From Octopus sinensis (Eukaryota): 64,000 bases of DNA. The position numbers were made by a program, and so were the translations under genes. The notes beneath the pieces were generated by a model. The model had not been told where the DNA came from. It saw only the letters and a list, made by a program, of their open reading frames with translations, and ran no database searches. Where the stretch lies: the NCBI RefSeq assembly GCF_006345805.1, contig NC_043014.1, forward strand, positions 6,138,001-6,202,000. The letters are read 5' to 3'. Shown piece after piece: positions 1-14,232 of this stretch. The first letter of the stretch is position 1. Each line of letters opens with the position of its first letter.

Positions 1-73
1 AGAAACAAAAATTATTATTGCCATACATATATATATATATACAAATATATATATATACATATATATATATATA

Positions 74-116
<43 letters not shown>

Positions 117-329
117 GACGCACACCATACACACACACTCACATACACACAGCCACACGCATATATATATATATGCTACATCTGTAAACGTGTTTTGTTT
201 ATGAATGGATCGTTAAGCACGGACATAACTTCCAATTAGTTTAGCTCTTAAAATCATCAAAACATGATAGTTTTTATTCACATTGTTTCGTAATATATAA
301 TAGCGTATGTGTGAGAGGCCAAATCTGGC

Positions 330-1110
330 CGACTTGAGCATAAACCAGCAAAAAATCTCCGATTCAGCTACGTCCAGTTCAAATGCAAAAGGTTTAAAAG
401 ATTGAAATATCATTGACCAGCGGAGAATAGGACGATGATAATGATTTCCAAAGAGCAGCAGTTAGATGAAATAAGCTTTTGAAATACCAGGGCTTAAGAT
501 TAGCAGGAATCTCAACAGAGATTTGTTGCAACTGGGCAAAGAATCAGGTGACACGTTTGAAGGTTTTGACAGAGGGATCTAGATCAGAAAGTTCATCTGG
601 AAAATGAGTTTGGAAATATTTATAGAAAAGCCACAACGAAGGAACATATCGTTGATGACCTCGAAGACTCCAAGTAAGGAACTGGCTACGACATTGATTT
701 AATAGACATCGTTGAAACCAACTGATGAACAATTTAAATTACTTCCATTCCTAGAATTCAAATTGTTATATATAGAACTGGCACTGTACCAATGCCAAAG
801 AAAGCTATTCTTTGGAGTAATAGGGAAGGAACATCGTTTCAACATTCTATGAAATAACGTTATTGTTTCGCATTGTGTACAGTGAATCCCTTTCCTCGAA
901 CAGAGCAGTCGTATATATTATTCTATTGTATATCTACTTGAAATCTCTTCCGTGAGATCTATTGGTCACAAAATTTCGAGATATCTGATTCTATAAATTC
1001 ACATTATTACCGCCTTTTATTCTGATATCACCCTGATTTGCTTTGATCTATTGATAACAGGATGGACAGTATTTAATTCTTGATATTACGGACGGCTCTC
1101 ATTGATTTCT
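330..1110 (-). mobile_element. Highly decayed CR1/L2-type LINE ORF2 fragment
   Basis: Minus-strand remnants resemble 'RAVxNIK' (~1075-1105) and 'NYRPIS' (reads NHYHRPIL at ~420-450); many stops and frameshifts. Confidence 0.4.
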
Positions 1111-1209
1111 TGATATCCGGGTGGGTCCTTTTCATCTTTTCATCACCTCACTGAAGTCTGAAGAGGCTGGGGTTCGATGCTCTTCTCTTTCTCTTTCTTT
1201 TTCTTCTCC

Positions 1210-1241
1210 TCATCGTCGTCGTCATCATCATCATCATCATT

Positions 1242-1275
<34 letters not shown>

Positions 1276-1360
1276 ACATCATGATCATGATCATCATCAT
1301 CGACCTTCTTCATCATCGTCAATATCATCATCATCATCATCATCGTCAGCATCATCGTCG

Positions 1361-1398
<38 letters not shown>

Positions 1399-1608
1399 GT
1401 CAGCATCATCGTCATTTCCATCCTTGTCGTCATCGTTGTCATCATCATCATCATCATCCTCATTACCACCACCAAGGCCGCCACCATCAACAACAACAAA
1501 CCACCATTATTATAATTTGTATTGTTGTTATTATTTTTATTACTGTGATTAGTATTAATTATTATCATTAGCAATAAAAATTATCATAATTGTTATTATT
1601 ATTATCAC

Positions 1609-1648
<40 letters not shown>

Positions 1649-1720
1649 GTTGTTGTTGTTGTTGTTGTTATTACTATTATCATCATCATCATCATCATCA
1701 TCATTATTGTAACTATCATT
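1210..1720. repeat. Compound (CAT)n/(ATT)n/(GTT)n trinucleotide microsatellite
   Basis: Read directly; explains the poly-H/S/M/D ORFs. Confidence 0.97.
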
Positions 1721-1885
1721 ATTACAGCAGATATAATATGATTTTCACGGACTATTAAAAGGGAAAGATGGAAAGACACTTGCGTGTGCGCATGCCTGCA
1801 CACGTGCCCACAAATGCATTTATAAGTATCTGTCTATCTATCTGCCTCTCAATATGTCAATCTATCGTTCTAGCTATCGACTTAT

Positions 1886-1947
<62 letters not shown>

Positions 1948-1959
1948 CTCTGTCTCTGT

Positions 1960-2287
1960 CAAAAGAAATATAAAATGTGACTTCATTGACCGAGGTTACC
2001 GTGGTCTTTTCCGTAGGCTTTTCTTTCCACGGGTAAACCTCACCTGTTCTCCCCCTTTACACTTCATATTGACATTTCTGTGATAACGATCCCTATTGAT
2101 CAATTTTTTTGCTCTCCCCCCACCTTTTTTTTTTATTAACCCCTCCCTTTTTTTGTCCTCTTTCTTTCCCTTTACGATCCCTTTTGATCGAAAACCACCA
2201 CTCCCTTTTTTTTTACCCCCAAAAGAAAAGCTCTACCTTGTAATTTGTTCTATCTGTGTGCAGCCCTGTGTGGCCAATAAAGAAACT
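1960..2287 (+). mobile_element. Probable 3' end of a non-LTR retroelement inserted in (TCTA)n
   Basis: Unique pyrimidine-rich stretch ending GCAGCCCTGTGTGGCCAATAAAGAAA, with (TCTA)n on both sides. Confidence 0.35.
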
Positions 2288-2739
2288 TATCTATCTATCT
2301 ATCTATCCATCTATCTACCTACCTACCTACCTACCTACCTACCTCTGCCTCTCTCTGTATTATATAAATATTATTATTAACCTACCAGCTCACTTAGATA
2401 TATTTTATGATTCGAAACCCTTATCTATTGACAATTATACAATGTCTATATTAGTTATAGATCTCTCATCATCCTCAAAAATAAGGTTTCTCTTACTGAG
2501 CCGATAGACTAAGCTCTATTGACTATAGCTAAATAGATAGACAAGATAAATAGATAGATACAGATAGATAGATGGATAGATAAATCGACAGATACATAGA
2601 TATATATGTATGTAATTATATCTATATATCTATACGCACACGTATATATATATACGCATATATACTTACATATATAGATGTGGGTGTAATAGATATACTG
2701 ATATAAGTACATACATATTTATCCATGTATCTGTCTAAC

Positions 2740-3212
<473 letters not shown>

Positions 3213-3973
3213 ATATAAGGTATTTTTTTATTACTTCTTAAATTCTCAAATCGTCAAAGACAAAGAAACCATTAAGAGACAAACGAGGAAGGCGGTGCAT
3301 CACAATCACGGAACCAATTTCCCAATATGTCTTCTAGCATTGAGGATCCCGTTTAGGTCAAACCAAACTCGGAGATGATTAACACATTTGGATTAATTCT
3401 ATCTGGACTTCGACCCGTTTGAAAAATTGACATTAAATTAGACATGCATTGAATTAAACAGAGTGTGAGGTATCTGTCGAAACGGTAAATTTAATTGGAA
3501 ATTAGCCTTAAGAATTAAGTGGACGCTGTCACGCAAATAAATGCTTTATCACAAGTTCGTGTGACATGAAGAATGTAGCTGGGTTTTTCCAGCCATCCAT
3601 CAATTTCTTGGGAGCTTAGAAGTGTAAACTGGAACGCATACAAACACACAGTTACGCGCGTTTATGAACACATTCACATTCACATACACACTACACACAC
3701 ACACACACACACACATATATAATATGGATTTGGGAAACCGGGCAGGTACCTTAGTAGCATTCTGATATAATCTGCGTTCTTGCTAACCGTATCGATTTAT
3801 AGCGAAGTGAGAATTGTTTACGATAAACAATTTCCCGACGCCGTGTGACTGGATTTTATTACGCATGCTGAGTATATAATCCAGACGACATCATAAATAA
3901 GAATGTAGAATTATACATCTTCATAGAAAACTTATTTACATTATTTACATTTAACAAATATTTGTTGGTTGTT

Positions 3974-4019
3974 AACACAACGTTTCGACTGAAATACCCT
4001 CCAGCCTTCATCAGGTGTC
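3974..4019 (-). ncRNA. Minimal type-I hammerhead ribozyme motif
   Basis: Reverse complement: GACAC-CTGATGA-A-GGCTGGA GGGTAT TTCAGTC-GAAAC-GTT-GTGTT. Stem I GACAC/GTGTT, 7-bp stem II, palindromic AACGTT stem III. Confidence 0.8.
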
Positions 4020-4104
4020 TTGGGAAAATTTCGAACCTAGGTTCACATTCCTAAGGTATTTTTGATGTTACAGGCAAATCCGAGGCGTGGTTATTGCTAA
4101 TTGA

Positions 4105-4116
4105 AATTATTATTAA

Positions 4117-4183
<67 letters not shown>

Positions 4184-4260
4184 TAGTTTTATTTTTATAG
4201 CGTGCTTTCACTTCACTACCGAGCGCAGCTCTGTGTGCCTTGGGTATGTGCTGTGATTTG

Positions 4261-4321
<61 letters not shown>

Positions 4322-4323
4322 CA

Positions 4324-4383
<60 letters not shown>

Positions 4384-4430
4384 TATCATTATTATTATTA
4401 TTAGTATTAGTATTATTATTATTATTATTA

Positions 4431-4480
<50 letters not shown>

Positions 4481-4582
4481 GTTATTATTATCATTATTAT
4501 TATTATTATCATTATTATTACTATTATTATTATCATTATTATTATCATCATCATTATTATCATCATCATTATTATCATCATC

Positions 4583-4660
<78 letters not shown>
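4105..4660. repeat. (ATT)n/(ATC)n microsatellite arrays
   Basis: Read directly. Confidence 0.97.
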
Positions 4661-5379
4661 AACGTGTCTATTACATTATTATTCATATCATATTCACGTT
4701 AGGTTTCAGTACGTAATGCGAATAATTATGTAATAAGCAAGTTTTAAGGTCTATAATTTTGCAGTATTTTTAATGATGCGTTGCTGTATTCTTTCCTTCT
4801 TTCTATCAGCCCTTTCACACTTGCTTCGTTCATTCCCTTCTTCATTCTTTCGTTCCCCCTCTCACATTTCGTTCCCTTCACTTCATGCACACATTCTCTC
4901 CTCTTTCACTCCACTCTTCCCCTTTCATTTTTCTCGCTCCTCCTAAATTCTTCTATCCCTTTGCTTCTACTTCTATCTCTTCTCTCTCCACGTGATTGGT
5001 GTTCGGCCAATCTTTCTTGATTCGACTGCCATCGGTGCAACATCCGTATTCCCCACTCCTGTGCCTGTGAAATCTTATGTCCCTGCCGTGGAACTTTACT
5101 TCCACACACGCCAGCTTAATTTACTTCGTCCTTAATCGAAAGACACCTGTTGTTATGACCTGTTATTTGCATTTGTATTTGTGTAACATTTCTCCGTTTT
5201 TTTTCGTCCTTGTCCCATTTCTGCATTTTGTACATAGATAAATATGTATGTAATTATATCAGTATATCTATACACAAACACACATACGTATATATGTATA
5301 AATGTGTGTGTGTGTGTATACATGGGTGTATAGATATACAGATATAATTACATACATATTTTTCCCTGTATCCCTTTGT

Positions 5380-5384
5380 CTATC

Positions 5385-5455
<71 letters not shown>

Positions 5456-5456
5456 G

Positions 5457-5487
<31 letters not shown>

Positions 5488-5536
5488 GTCTGTCCGTCTG
5501 TCCATCTATCTATCTATCTATCTATTTGTCCATCTC

Positions 5537-5599
<63 letters not shown>

Positions 5600-5770
5600 G
5601 TCTGTCCATCTATCTATCTATTTGTCCATCCATCTATCTATCTATCTATTCATCCATTCATCATCTATGTATATGCGCGTGCATGTGTGGTGAGAGCGAG
5701 ATTGAGAGAGAGAAAGAAAGAGTGAGAGAGAGAGAGAGAGAAAGGGAGAGAGAAAGAGAAAGAAAGGGTT
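5380..5770. repeat. (TCTA)n and (GA)n microsatellites
   Basis: Read directly. Confidence 0.95.
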
Positions 5771-6322
5771 AGGGTAAGGGCGAGAGAGATATCATCTGTG
5801 GAACGCCGTTGTTATTTAAAATTCCGTATATTTTTGAACAGTTAGTTCATAATTTCAGAAAATCTTGGAAAAAAGGAGCTAAAAATGAATACATGATTTT
5901 ATTGCTTCACGTTATTATTATTTATTATTATTATTTATCTTTCTCAAATATTCAGAATTAAGCTATATACAGCGAAAGGATAATTTTCATAATGCATATG
6001 TTTATTTATATCCTAGAGAAATCACCCATCCGTGACATATTTGAAATCTAAATACTATAAACAATGGAAGAATAAATTGTGCTCTGTCTTCCGTTTTAAT
6101 TCAACCGACTTTTAAAAGATTATTTCTTTCGTATTTACAATTGTTTTAAAACGAGGCTTTCTAATAAACAGGGCGTTCGAAAGTGTTTGAATTAGTGTGG
6201 ATACATACATATGTATGTATGTGAGTACATACATATACATACATACATATATATATTCTTTTATTTTTTTATTTTAACTAGTTTCAGCTCACGAGCTGTG
6301 GCCATGCTGGGACACCGCCATT

Positions 6323-6406
<84 letters not shown>

Positions 6407-6508
6407 ATGTGTGATGGTGTACACGTTTACTCACATATAACATATATATTCAATATATATATATGTACATATACATATGTGTGTGAATAAACGTGTACAC
6501 CATCACAC

Positions 6509-6545
<37 letters not shown>

Positions 6546-6547
6546 AT

Positions 6548-6587
<40 letters not shown>

Positions 6588-6589
<2 letters not shown>

Positions 6590-7773
6590 GGTTGCGAAAG
6601 GTATCTCAGGACATACCATTTTGGGGGGGGGTCATTGCTGCATGTTTTTGCTAACTCTATATTATGTTTGTTTCATAAAATATTAATGGTAGACTCTCAG
6701 ATTACTCAAGAAATGAAGAGGCATGCTGTTATTGTGATTATAAAGGCTGAGAATAGTGATTTGGAAATATCTCGATTTTTAGAAGTTGCTAGATCTTACG
6801 TCTACAATGTTAGTAAGGAGTTAGAGACTGGAGATGAAAACGTATCACCAGTATTAAAGCATAAAAAGCATCCTAAACGCTCTGAAGTCATTAGAACACC
6901 TGAATTTATCTAAAAATTCAACAGACCATTGATTACAGTCCCAGAAAATCCATGAGGTCAATTGCAAAACATCTCTATGTGCCAGAAGGAAGAGAAAAAG
7001 AAAAAAATGACTACATCAGATCTAAAAGGCTCTTAAACAAACTGAAAAATCCAACAGAAGAAGATTGGATTTGGTTTTTCTCAAACGAGAAATACTTCGA
7101 CCAAAACCAAAAAGAAGAAGTGACAGAAGATTATGTGCAGACCCTTCTGAAGTTCCAAGTGTTATGAATACAAAATTTCCTACAACTGTCATGGTTTTAA
7201 GGGTTGTCAGCAAGGAAGGTCATGTGATACTTCCTTACTTCTTCCCACAAGGCCTTAGAGTTAACTCTGCCGCCTACATTGAAGTCCTAGAAATAATTGT
7301 TAAACCCTGGATAGACAGTGTATGCAATGGAAGGCCATATGTGTTTCAGTAAAACTCTGCACTGTCACACATGGCTCTAGTAACACAGGAATGGATGACT
7401 GAAAATTTTCATGATCACATAAACCCGTAATTTGGCCCCGTAATTCCTCAGATCTCAATCCATTGGACTACTACATGTGGGGCGTTGTTGAGGGAGAGGT
7501 CAATGAACACGCTCATAACACCAAAGATTCTTTAAAATCTGCCATAGTCAGAGTAGTGTCCAACATGAACCAGGACCACTTGATCCGAGCATGTACATGA
7601 CTTAGATCACATATAGAAGCAGTTGTTGAAAGTGAAGATGGGTTTATTGAATAACATAGAAAAGAAGGTTTATTTCCATTCTCATAGCATTGTTTGATAA
7701 ATAAAGTTATTATCTGTTATTATATACCTGTCCTTCTTATAAACATATGTCGTAAAATATCTTACGCACCCTG
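6588..7773 (+). mobile_element. Decayed Tc1/mariner transposon, maT (DD37D)-like
   Basis: Imperfect 26-bp TIRs (CAGGTTGCGAAAGGTATCTCAGGACA and reverse complement CAGGGTGCGTAAGATATTTTACGACA) within (TA)n. Broken transposase motifs FFSNEK, YVFQ*NSALSH and NSSDLNPLDYYMWG, with about 37 residues between the last two acidic positions. Confidence 0.85.
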
Positions 7774-7799
7774 TATATATATATATATAGGGAGAGAGA

Positions 7800-7965
7800 G
7801 AAAGTGATTGTGTGGTAAGAAACTTGCTTCCCAACCACATGGTTCTGGGTTTAGTCCCACTGTGTGGCACCTAGAGCAATTGTCTTATACTATAGTTTCG
7901 GGCCGACCAAAGCCTTGTGAGTAGAGTTGGTAGACGGAAACCGAAGTAAGCCCGTCGTATATATA
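7800..7965 (+). mobile_element. tRNA-derived SINE family B, 5' half
   Basis: Matches the GTGTGGTAAG...CAACCACATGGTTC...GGGCCGACCAAAGCCTTGTGAGT consensus of other copies; the matching 3' half lies at 10150-10345. Confidence 0.85.
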
Positions 7966-7969
7966 AATA

Positions 7970-9452
7970 TTAGGTCGTCAAATATGAAATTTGTAGTAAG
8001 GTATATGGTAAACTTTGACAGTTGCTCATTTGGTGCCATTATTATATTCTGACAATCTTTAGTCTTTGCGAGAATGCTGACACATTTATTTCTTTATTCT
8101 AACTCATTTTGCACTTTATAAATCTTTTTTTTAAATCGTTTTTTGTTATTTTTGTTTAGAGATGAATAAGTCAGAAATTCGTACAGTTTTGAAATATGAG
8201 ATCTTTCTTGGAAATAGAGCATCACAAACAGCTCTGAATATTAATAGAGTATTTCATTCTAATGTTATTACACAGCAGACACTGTCAAATTGGTTTGTAA
8301 AACTTTGTTCTGGTATCTTTGACCTCACAAATAAGCAACTCCGTCGACCAGAATCAAAGGTGGATAATGACGAACTAAAAGCCACCGTCGAGTCAGATCC
8401 ATCTCAAAGTGCCCGTGAATATCGTTGTTGTTTGGTGTTAGCAAGCAAGCAATATTGAATCACCTAATTCAAATTGGTAAAGTGAAAAAGTTCGATAATT
8501 TGGTTCCACATGAACTCAATGAAGAACAGGAACAGCAACGATTGGAAGCCTGCATTTATGATACTTTCTCGTCACAAAAACGAATCATTTTTTAACATGT
8601 GATGAGAAATGGATCCAATACAACAACCATAAGCGTTCAGCACAATGGTTGGACAAAGACGAGACTCCGGCAGGGGGTGGTGATCCCTGCTGTACTCTTT
8701 CACCACTCTTTCTCCCACTCTTTCTTCTCTTGGCCTGCTCGCTTAGCCAGCGGGGTGGTGTCATTCGAAGGCTAAAACAATGCGAACGCATTGTGACCAG
8801 TGATGTGTAACAACATCCGATGGTCTGGTCGGTCACGTGATATATATGTTATAATTCGTCAAGTATGAAATTTGTAGAAAAGAAAAAAGTTTGGAATAGT
8901 TTTATTCATCAAAGTATGCACCCATATTGTCAATACACTTTTGCCATTTCATTGGTAGCTTGACCAGCCCGGGACTGTAAAAGTCTGGCAATCTAGAGTC
9001 AATGAAATCTTAGAAGGCCTGTTTTGCAGTATCTTCGAATTTAATTGTTTTCCTATCAAAAAGTTATCAAAATTCTGGAAGAAGTGGTAGTCAGTGGGAG
9101 GCCACCAAACACAGTCCAAAAAGCAAAATTCATGAAAGGAAGCTGATGGCGTGTGATTGGTGGTCTGGCGTAGGTGTGATCCATTATGATTTCCTTAAAC
9201 CTGGCTCATCAATCACGAAGTATACTGCAGCCAACTGGACCAAATGATGCCGAAACTTACAAAAAAAAAAAAAAGCTGCCTAGGTTATCGACAGATTCTC
9301 TCCTATTTTATTGCAAGACAACGCCAGACCACATATCGCAAAAATGACATTGGCGAAACAACAGGAGTTGAAGATGCAAATTCTCCATCATCCACCATAC
9401 TCACCTGATCTTGCCTCCCACTGACTACCACTTCTTCCAGAATTTTGATAAC
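7970..9452 (+). mobile_element. Rearranged mariner (DD34D) transposon with a pseudogenised transposase
   Basis: TIR TTAGGTCGTCAAATATGAAATTTGTAG. ORF pieces MNKSEIRTVLKYE, (W)VPHEL, TCDEKW, LQDNARPH, HPPYSPDLA, TDYHFF. The 3' end is present in inverted orientation at 8856-9102. Confidence 0.9.
8662..8842 (+). mobile_element. SINE family A variant fragment inside the mariner
   Basis: CTCCGGCAGGGG...GATCCCTGCTGTACTCTTTCACCAC is shared with family A; its 3' part matches the reverse complement of 43706-43790. Confidence 0.75.
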
Positions 9453-9851
9453 AACAATACTAGTAATAATAATAATGATAAATCGAATCGGAAAAAAAAA
9501 AAATATACATATATAAAAAAATATATATATATTTTTTTTTTCGATTCGATTTATTATTATTATTACTAGTATTGTTGTTATACATGCAAGCATATGTAAT
9601 GATAATAATAAGTGGATGTAAACACATGAACAAAATAAGAATAAACAAAAACAACAAAAACAAAATACAAATTACATGAACATATATAAACAGAAGATAC
9701 AAATATTACAGGCATCCCCCCACATACACACACTAAATAAACATAAACGCACGTAGAGATATAAGCATGCGCAAATGAAGACATACAATAGAAATACAAA
9801 ATGGCTGACGGTTAGTAAGGAGCGACACAAATAAGAAAGAAGAAAAAAGAG

Positions 9852-9895
9852 GACCACTGATGCGGTCACAGGAGTGTGACGAAAGAACTCTGGCC
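9852..9895 (+). ncRNA. Hammerhead ribozyme motif (one core substitution) in a short element ending in (TA)n
   Basis: GACCA-CTGATGC-G-GTCACA GGAG TGTGAC-GAAA-GAAC-TC-TGGCC; the sister copy at 22703-22746 has CTGATGA. Confidence 0.65.
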
Positions 9896-10038
9896 GAAAT
9901 AAGATTAAGATTAATGTAAAAAATAAATAATAATGAAGCAAAATAACACCAAATATATAGTGCGTGTGTTTTTATTGGCTAAACTGGCAAAATGACCATT
10001 CCGAAATATAACAATACATATATATATATATGTAGGTG

Positions 10039-10085
<47 letters not shown>

Positions 10086-10149
10086 ATTATATATATATAT
10101 ATATATATATGTAGGTGTCTGTGTATGTATGTATGTATGTATATGTATA

Positions 10150-10345
10150 TCAGTGTTTTTCCCCACCATCACTTGGCAACTGATGCTGGTATATTTACAT
10201 CCCCGTGTACTTAGTCATTCGGCAAAAGGGGCCGATAGAATAAGTACTAGTCTTACAAAGAATAAGTCCTGGGGTCGATGTGTTCCACTAAAGGTGGTGC
10301 TCCAGCATGGCCGCGGTCAAATAACTGACACAAGTAAAAGTTTAA
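10150..10345 (+). mobile_element. SINE family B, 3' half
   Basis: GATGCTGGT...GATAGAATAAGTACT...GGTGCTCCAGCATGGCCGC...ACAAGTAAAAG. Confidence 0.85.
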
Positions 10346-11306
10346 AAAAAATTGATTCAGAATTTATACACTTTGAACACATGTTAAACATTTTAGAAAA
10401 AATGCCAGATTTCAATGAAATAGTTAATTCTGGAACACCCTGTATATGTGCCAATGATGTCACAGTCGCTCGATGGTGAAAATGAGAATTAATTGAATTA
10501 ACTCCTCCTGAATTCAGGTGCAAATTGCTGACACTCTTGTCCACTTAACGTAATGCTTAAACTCAGTCAACATGACACAGTTCGAAAGCAAGACTATACC
10601 TACTTGTATTACATTTCCAATCTACCCGTCGGGATTTCATACTGTTACTGTCTGCACAATTCCACATCGATGTCATGACTTAACCTGAGGCTGTAGAAAA
10701 ATGACACTTGCGAAGGTGTTACGCGGTGGTCTCGAACCTGGTATCCCGCTTTGGCTAGGCGAATTTCTGTACCTGTAGACACGGTGTCCAAGAAGGTTAA
10801 GAAGTTTACGCATAAACGGACACATACTTATATAATGTCAATTTTGAAGTATATTTACATAGACATATGTGAGAGTACATGTGTGTGTGTGTGTATGCGT
10901 GTGTATCTGTGTGTGTGTGTGGACAGTGTGTGTGCTTGCGTGAGGTTCTGTGTTGGTGAAGAGAGAAAGACTGATGTTTGTTTTCCACTGACCACGCTAC
11001 GAGCGGTTCGTGACTTGTCAGGAATGTAATGCATAGCAGATGTATTGCTTTAAGCACGAACACAGTGTAGGCAGTATACCTCTGTCTGTCTGTCTCTGAC
11101 TCTCTCTCTCTACAGCGAGTGAGAGAGAGAAATAGATATATAGGTAGATAGATAGATAGATAGACAGCGAGGGAGAGAGAGAGGAAAAGAAGGAAAGAGA
11201 AAATAGGGACGATTACAGGTACTGTAAGATAGATCAAGTGATACATAGATATATCGATAGATAGACAAGTCGGTAGAGAGAGACAGAGAAGCAAAGATAG
11301 ATTGTG

Positions 11307-11365
<59 letters not shown>

Positions 11366-11839
11366 AACACAGGAACAAAGAAGAAAAGGAAGAATATGCA
11401 GATTTGGTAGATAGATAATATGTAGACAGAAATAACGTGAGAGAGGAACGAAAATTAGATAGGATTCTCAGAAATACTGGAATACCGTAGGCGATATCAA
11501 ATTTCAGATGTTTTCCGAAGTCGTTGTTAATTAGATTTGGTGCCAGGTGTAGGTGTTACAAACTCCCAGAGAAACGACAATGATATGAGAAGACAAAGAG
11601 AGGATGCTACAAAGATTATTACCTATAGAAAATCTTCTGTTAAGGAGGTAAGAAATATAACACCCTTCATGTTACTAAATGCTCAGGCAAGATAAATAAT
11701 CTGTTCGACTGTCAGCCATGGTTCTTCATCAATTTGATAGTTTCATGCGTGTTTGTGTGTGTGTGTATTGGCGGGGGTAGGTATACATGTTATCTTTCGA
11801 TTTTCCTAATTTTAATTTTTTGAATAATTCCTGTAATCT

Positions 11840-12432
11840 TTACTTTTACTCTTTGACTCTTTTACTTGTTTCAGTCATTTGACTGTGGCCATGCTGGAGC
11901 ACCGCCTTTAGTCGAGCGAATCGACCCCCCAGGACTTAGTCTTCGTAAGCCTAGCACTTATTCTATCGGTCTCTTTTGCCGAACCGCTAAGATACGGGGG
12001 ACGTAAACACACCAGCATCGGTTGTCAAGCGATGTTGGGGGGACAAACAGAGACACACAAACATACACACACAAACACACACACATATATATATATATAT
12101 GTATACATATATACGACGGGATTCTTTCAGTTTCCGTCTACCAAATCCACTCACAAGGCTTTGGTCGCCCCGAGGCTATAGTAGAAGACGCCCAAAACGG
12201 GCTTCTTTCAGTTTCTGGATACCAAATCCACTCACAAGGCTTTGGTCGACCCGAGGCTAGAGTAGAAGACGCCCAAAACGGGCTTCTTTCAGTTTCTGGA
12301 TACCAAATCCACTCACAAGGCTTTGGTCGACCCGAGGCTAGAGTAGAACACACTTGCCCAAGGAGCCACACAATGGGACTGAATCTGGAACCATGTGGTT
12401 GGTAAACAAGCTACTTACCACTCCTGCGTCTA
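11840..12432 (-). mobile_element. SINE family B with an internal 72-bp triplication
   Basis: Full consensus on the minus strand; the unit CTTTCAGTTTC...GAGGCTA.AGTAGAA is repeated three times at ~12115-12350. Confidence 0.9.
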
Positions 12433-13234
12433 CGTATTTAAATGTTTAATGTGAAAATGAATACGTTAAGTATAACATGGAATTACCACTTGTCCATTCA
12501 TTTTCATGAACAAGTTTGCTTTGTAAAGAAATTTCAATGAAAAATATTGAAATTTCCTTCATTTATTCGAAATTATTGATATTATTTCTTTACATAAATC
12601 TTGAATAACGATCTCTATAAACCATTCATATTTACTAATAGCTCATTAACAAATTATCCATTGACATCGACGTATTACTACTTAAAATCTGATGAATGAT
12701 GTCACATATTACAAAAGGACAACATTAGAGCTTTTGGGGTTTTTTTCTTTTTGCACCTGCGCAATAGTTTCAAGTGCACCTCGAATCTATTCTTCTGAAT
12801 TCAGTTCGTTATTTCTGTGACAAATTTAAAGTTTATTACGATAATTACTTGTCATGTATCCAATAACGTCATTAAATCTTCTGCGTTAAATTTGTCATCA
12901 AACTGCGTTTCGAAATTATAAAAAAAATTTCTGCGTACCATCTGCAATATCATCTTTATCTTTTTCTTTGTTTCAGTGACTGGACTGCGGCCATGCTGAA
13001 GCATAGCCTTGGGGGCGGGGTTAGTCGAGCAAAGTGACCCAATTATTTCACTTTAACTCTTATACTATCGACCGCTTTTTTTCCTTAACGTTAACTTGCA
13101 TCAGAAAACTAATACCGGTTGCCATGCAATTATTGCACACACACACACACATACACACACACACATACACACCACACACACACACACACACACATACACA
13201 CTCACATAAACACGCACACTCATACAAACAAACT

Positions 13235-13620
13235 GTGGAGACGCAATGGCCCAGTGGTTAGGGCAGCGGACTCGCGGTCATAGGATCGCGGTTTCGATTC
13301 CCAGACCGGGCGTTGTGAGTGTTTATTGAGCGAAAACGCCTAAAAGCTCCACGAGTCTCCGGCAGGGGATGGTGGTGATCCCTGCTGTACTCTTTCACCA
13401 CAACTTTCTCTCACTCTTACTTCCTGTTTCTGTTGTACCTGTATTTCAAAGGGCCGGCCTTGTCACTCTCTGATTCACGCTGAATATAACCGAGAACTAC
13501 GTTAAGGGTACACGTGTCTGTGGAGTGCTCAGCCACTTACACGTTAATTTCACGAGCAGGCTGTTCCGTTGATTCGGATCAACCGGAACCCTCATCGTCG
13601 CAACCGACGGAGTGCTTCCA
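13235..13620 (+). mobile_element. tRNA-derived SINE family A
   Basis: A box TGGCCCAGTGG, B box GGTTTCGATTCC, 3' end CCGACGGAGTGCTTCCA; many copies in the window. Confidence 0.9.
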
Positions 13621-13819
13621 TCCACAAGCAAACTCACGCACACACAAACACGCACATAAACACACCCTCACAGGACGATCTTCTTTAAGTCTCCCTCCAC
13701 CAATTGCACTGACAAGTTCTGGGTTGGCCCGGCGCTACAGCAGAGGAGATTTCTTCAAGAACGTCCCATACTGGAACCCAAAACCACGTGGTTGGGAAAC
13801 AAACATTTTTCCCACACAT

Positions 13820-14039
13820 TATTCTTTTACTCGTTTCACTCATTTGATTGTGGTCATGCTGGAGTACCGCCTTTAGTCGAGCAAATCGACCGCAAGTCTT
13901 ATTTTTTGTGAGCTTAGTACTTATTCTATCTGTCTCTTTTTGCCGAAGCACTAAGTTACGGGGACGTAAACACACCAGCATCGGTTGTCAAGCGATGTTG
14001 GGGGGACCAACAAAGGCACTCACGCATATACACACACAT

Positions 14040-14070
<31 letters not shown>

Positions 14071-14232
14071 CGACAGGCTTCTTTCAGTTCCGTCTACCTA
14101 ATCCACTCACAAGGCTTTGGTCGGCTCGAGGCTATAGTAGAAGACACTTGCCCAAGGAGCCACGCAATGGGACTGAACCCGGAACCATGTGGTTGGTAAG
14201 CAAGCTACTTACAACACAGCCACTCCTGCGCC
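13820..14232 (-). mobile_element. SINE family B
   Basis: Full-length consensus with internal (CA)/(TA) microsatellite. Confidence 0.9.

Noticed and set aside
1121-1574. His/Ser-rich and Met/Asp-rich ORFs
   Set aside because: Translations of the (CAT)n microsatellite; no splice or domain evidence.
13235-13315. Possible tRNA gene
   Set aside because: tRNA-like head of a multi-copy SINE, with no complete acceptor stem; the same applies to the other SINE heads.
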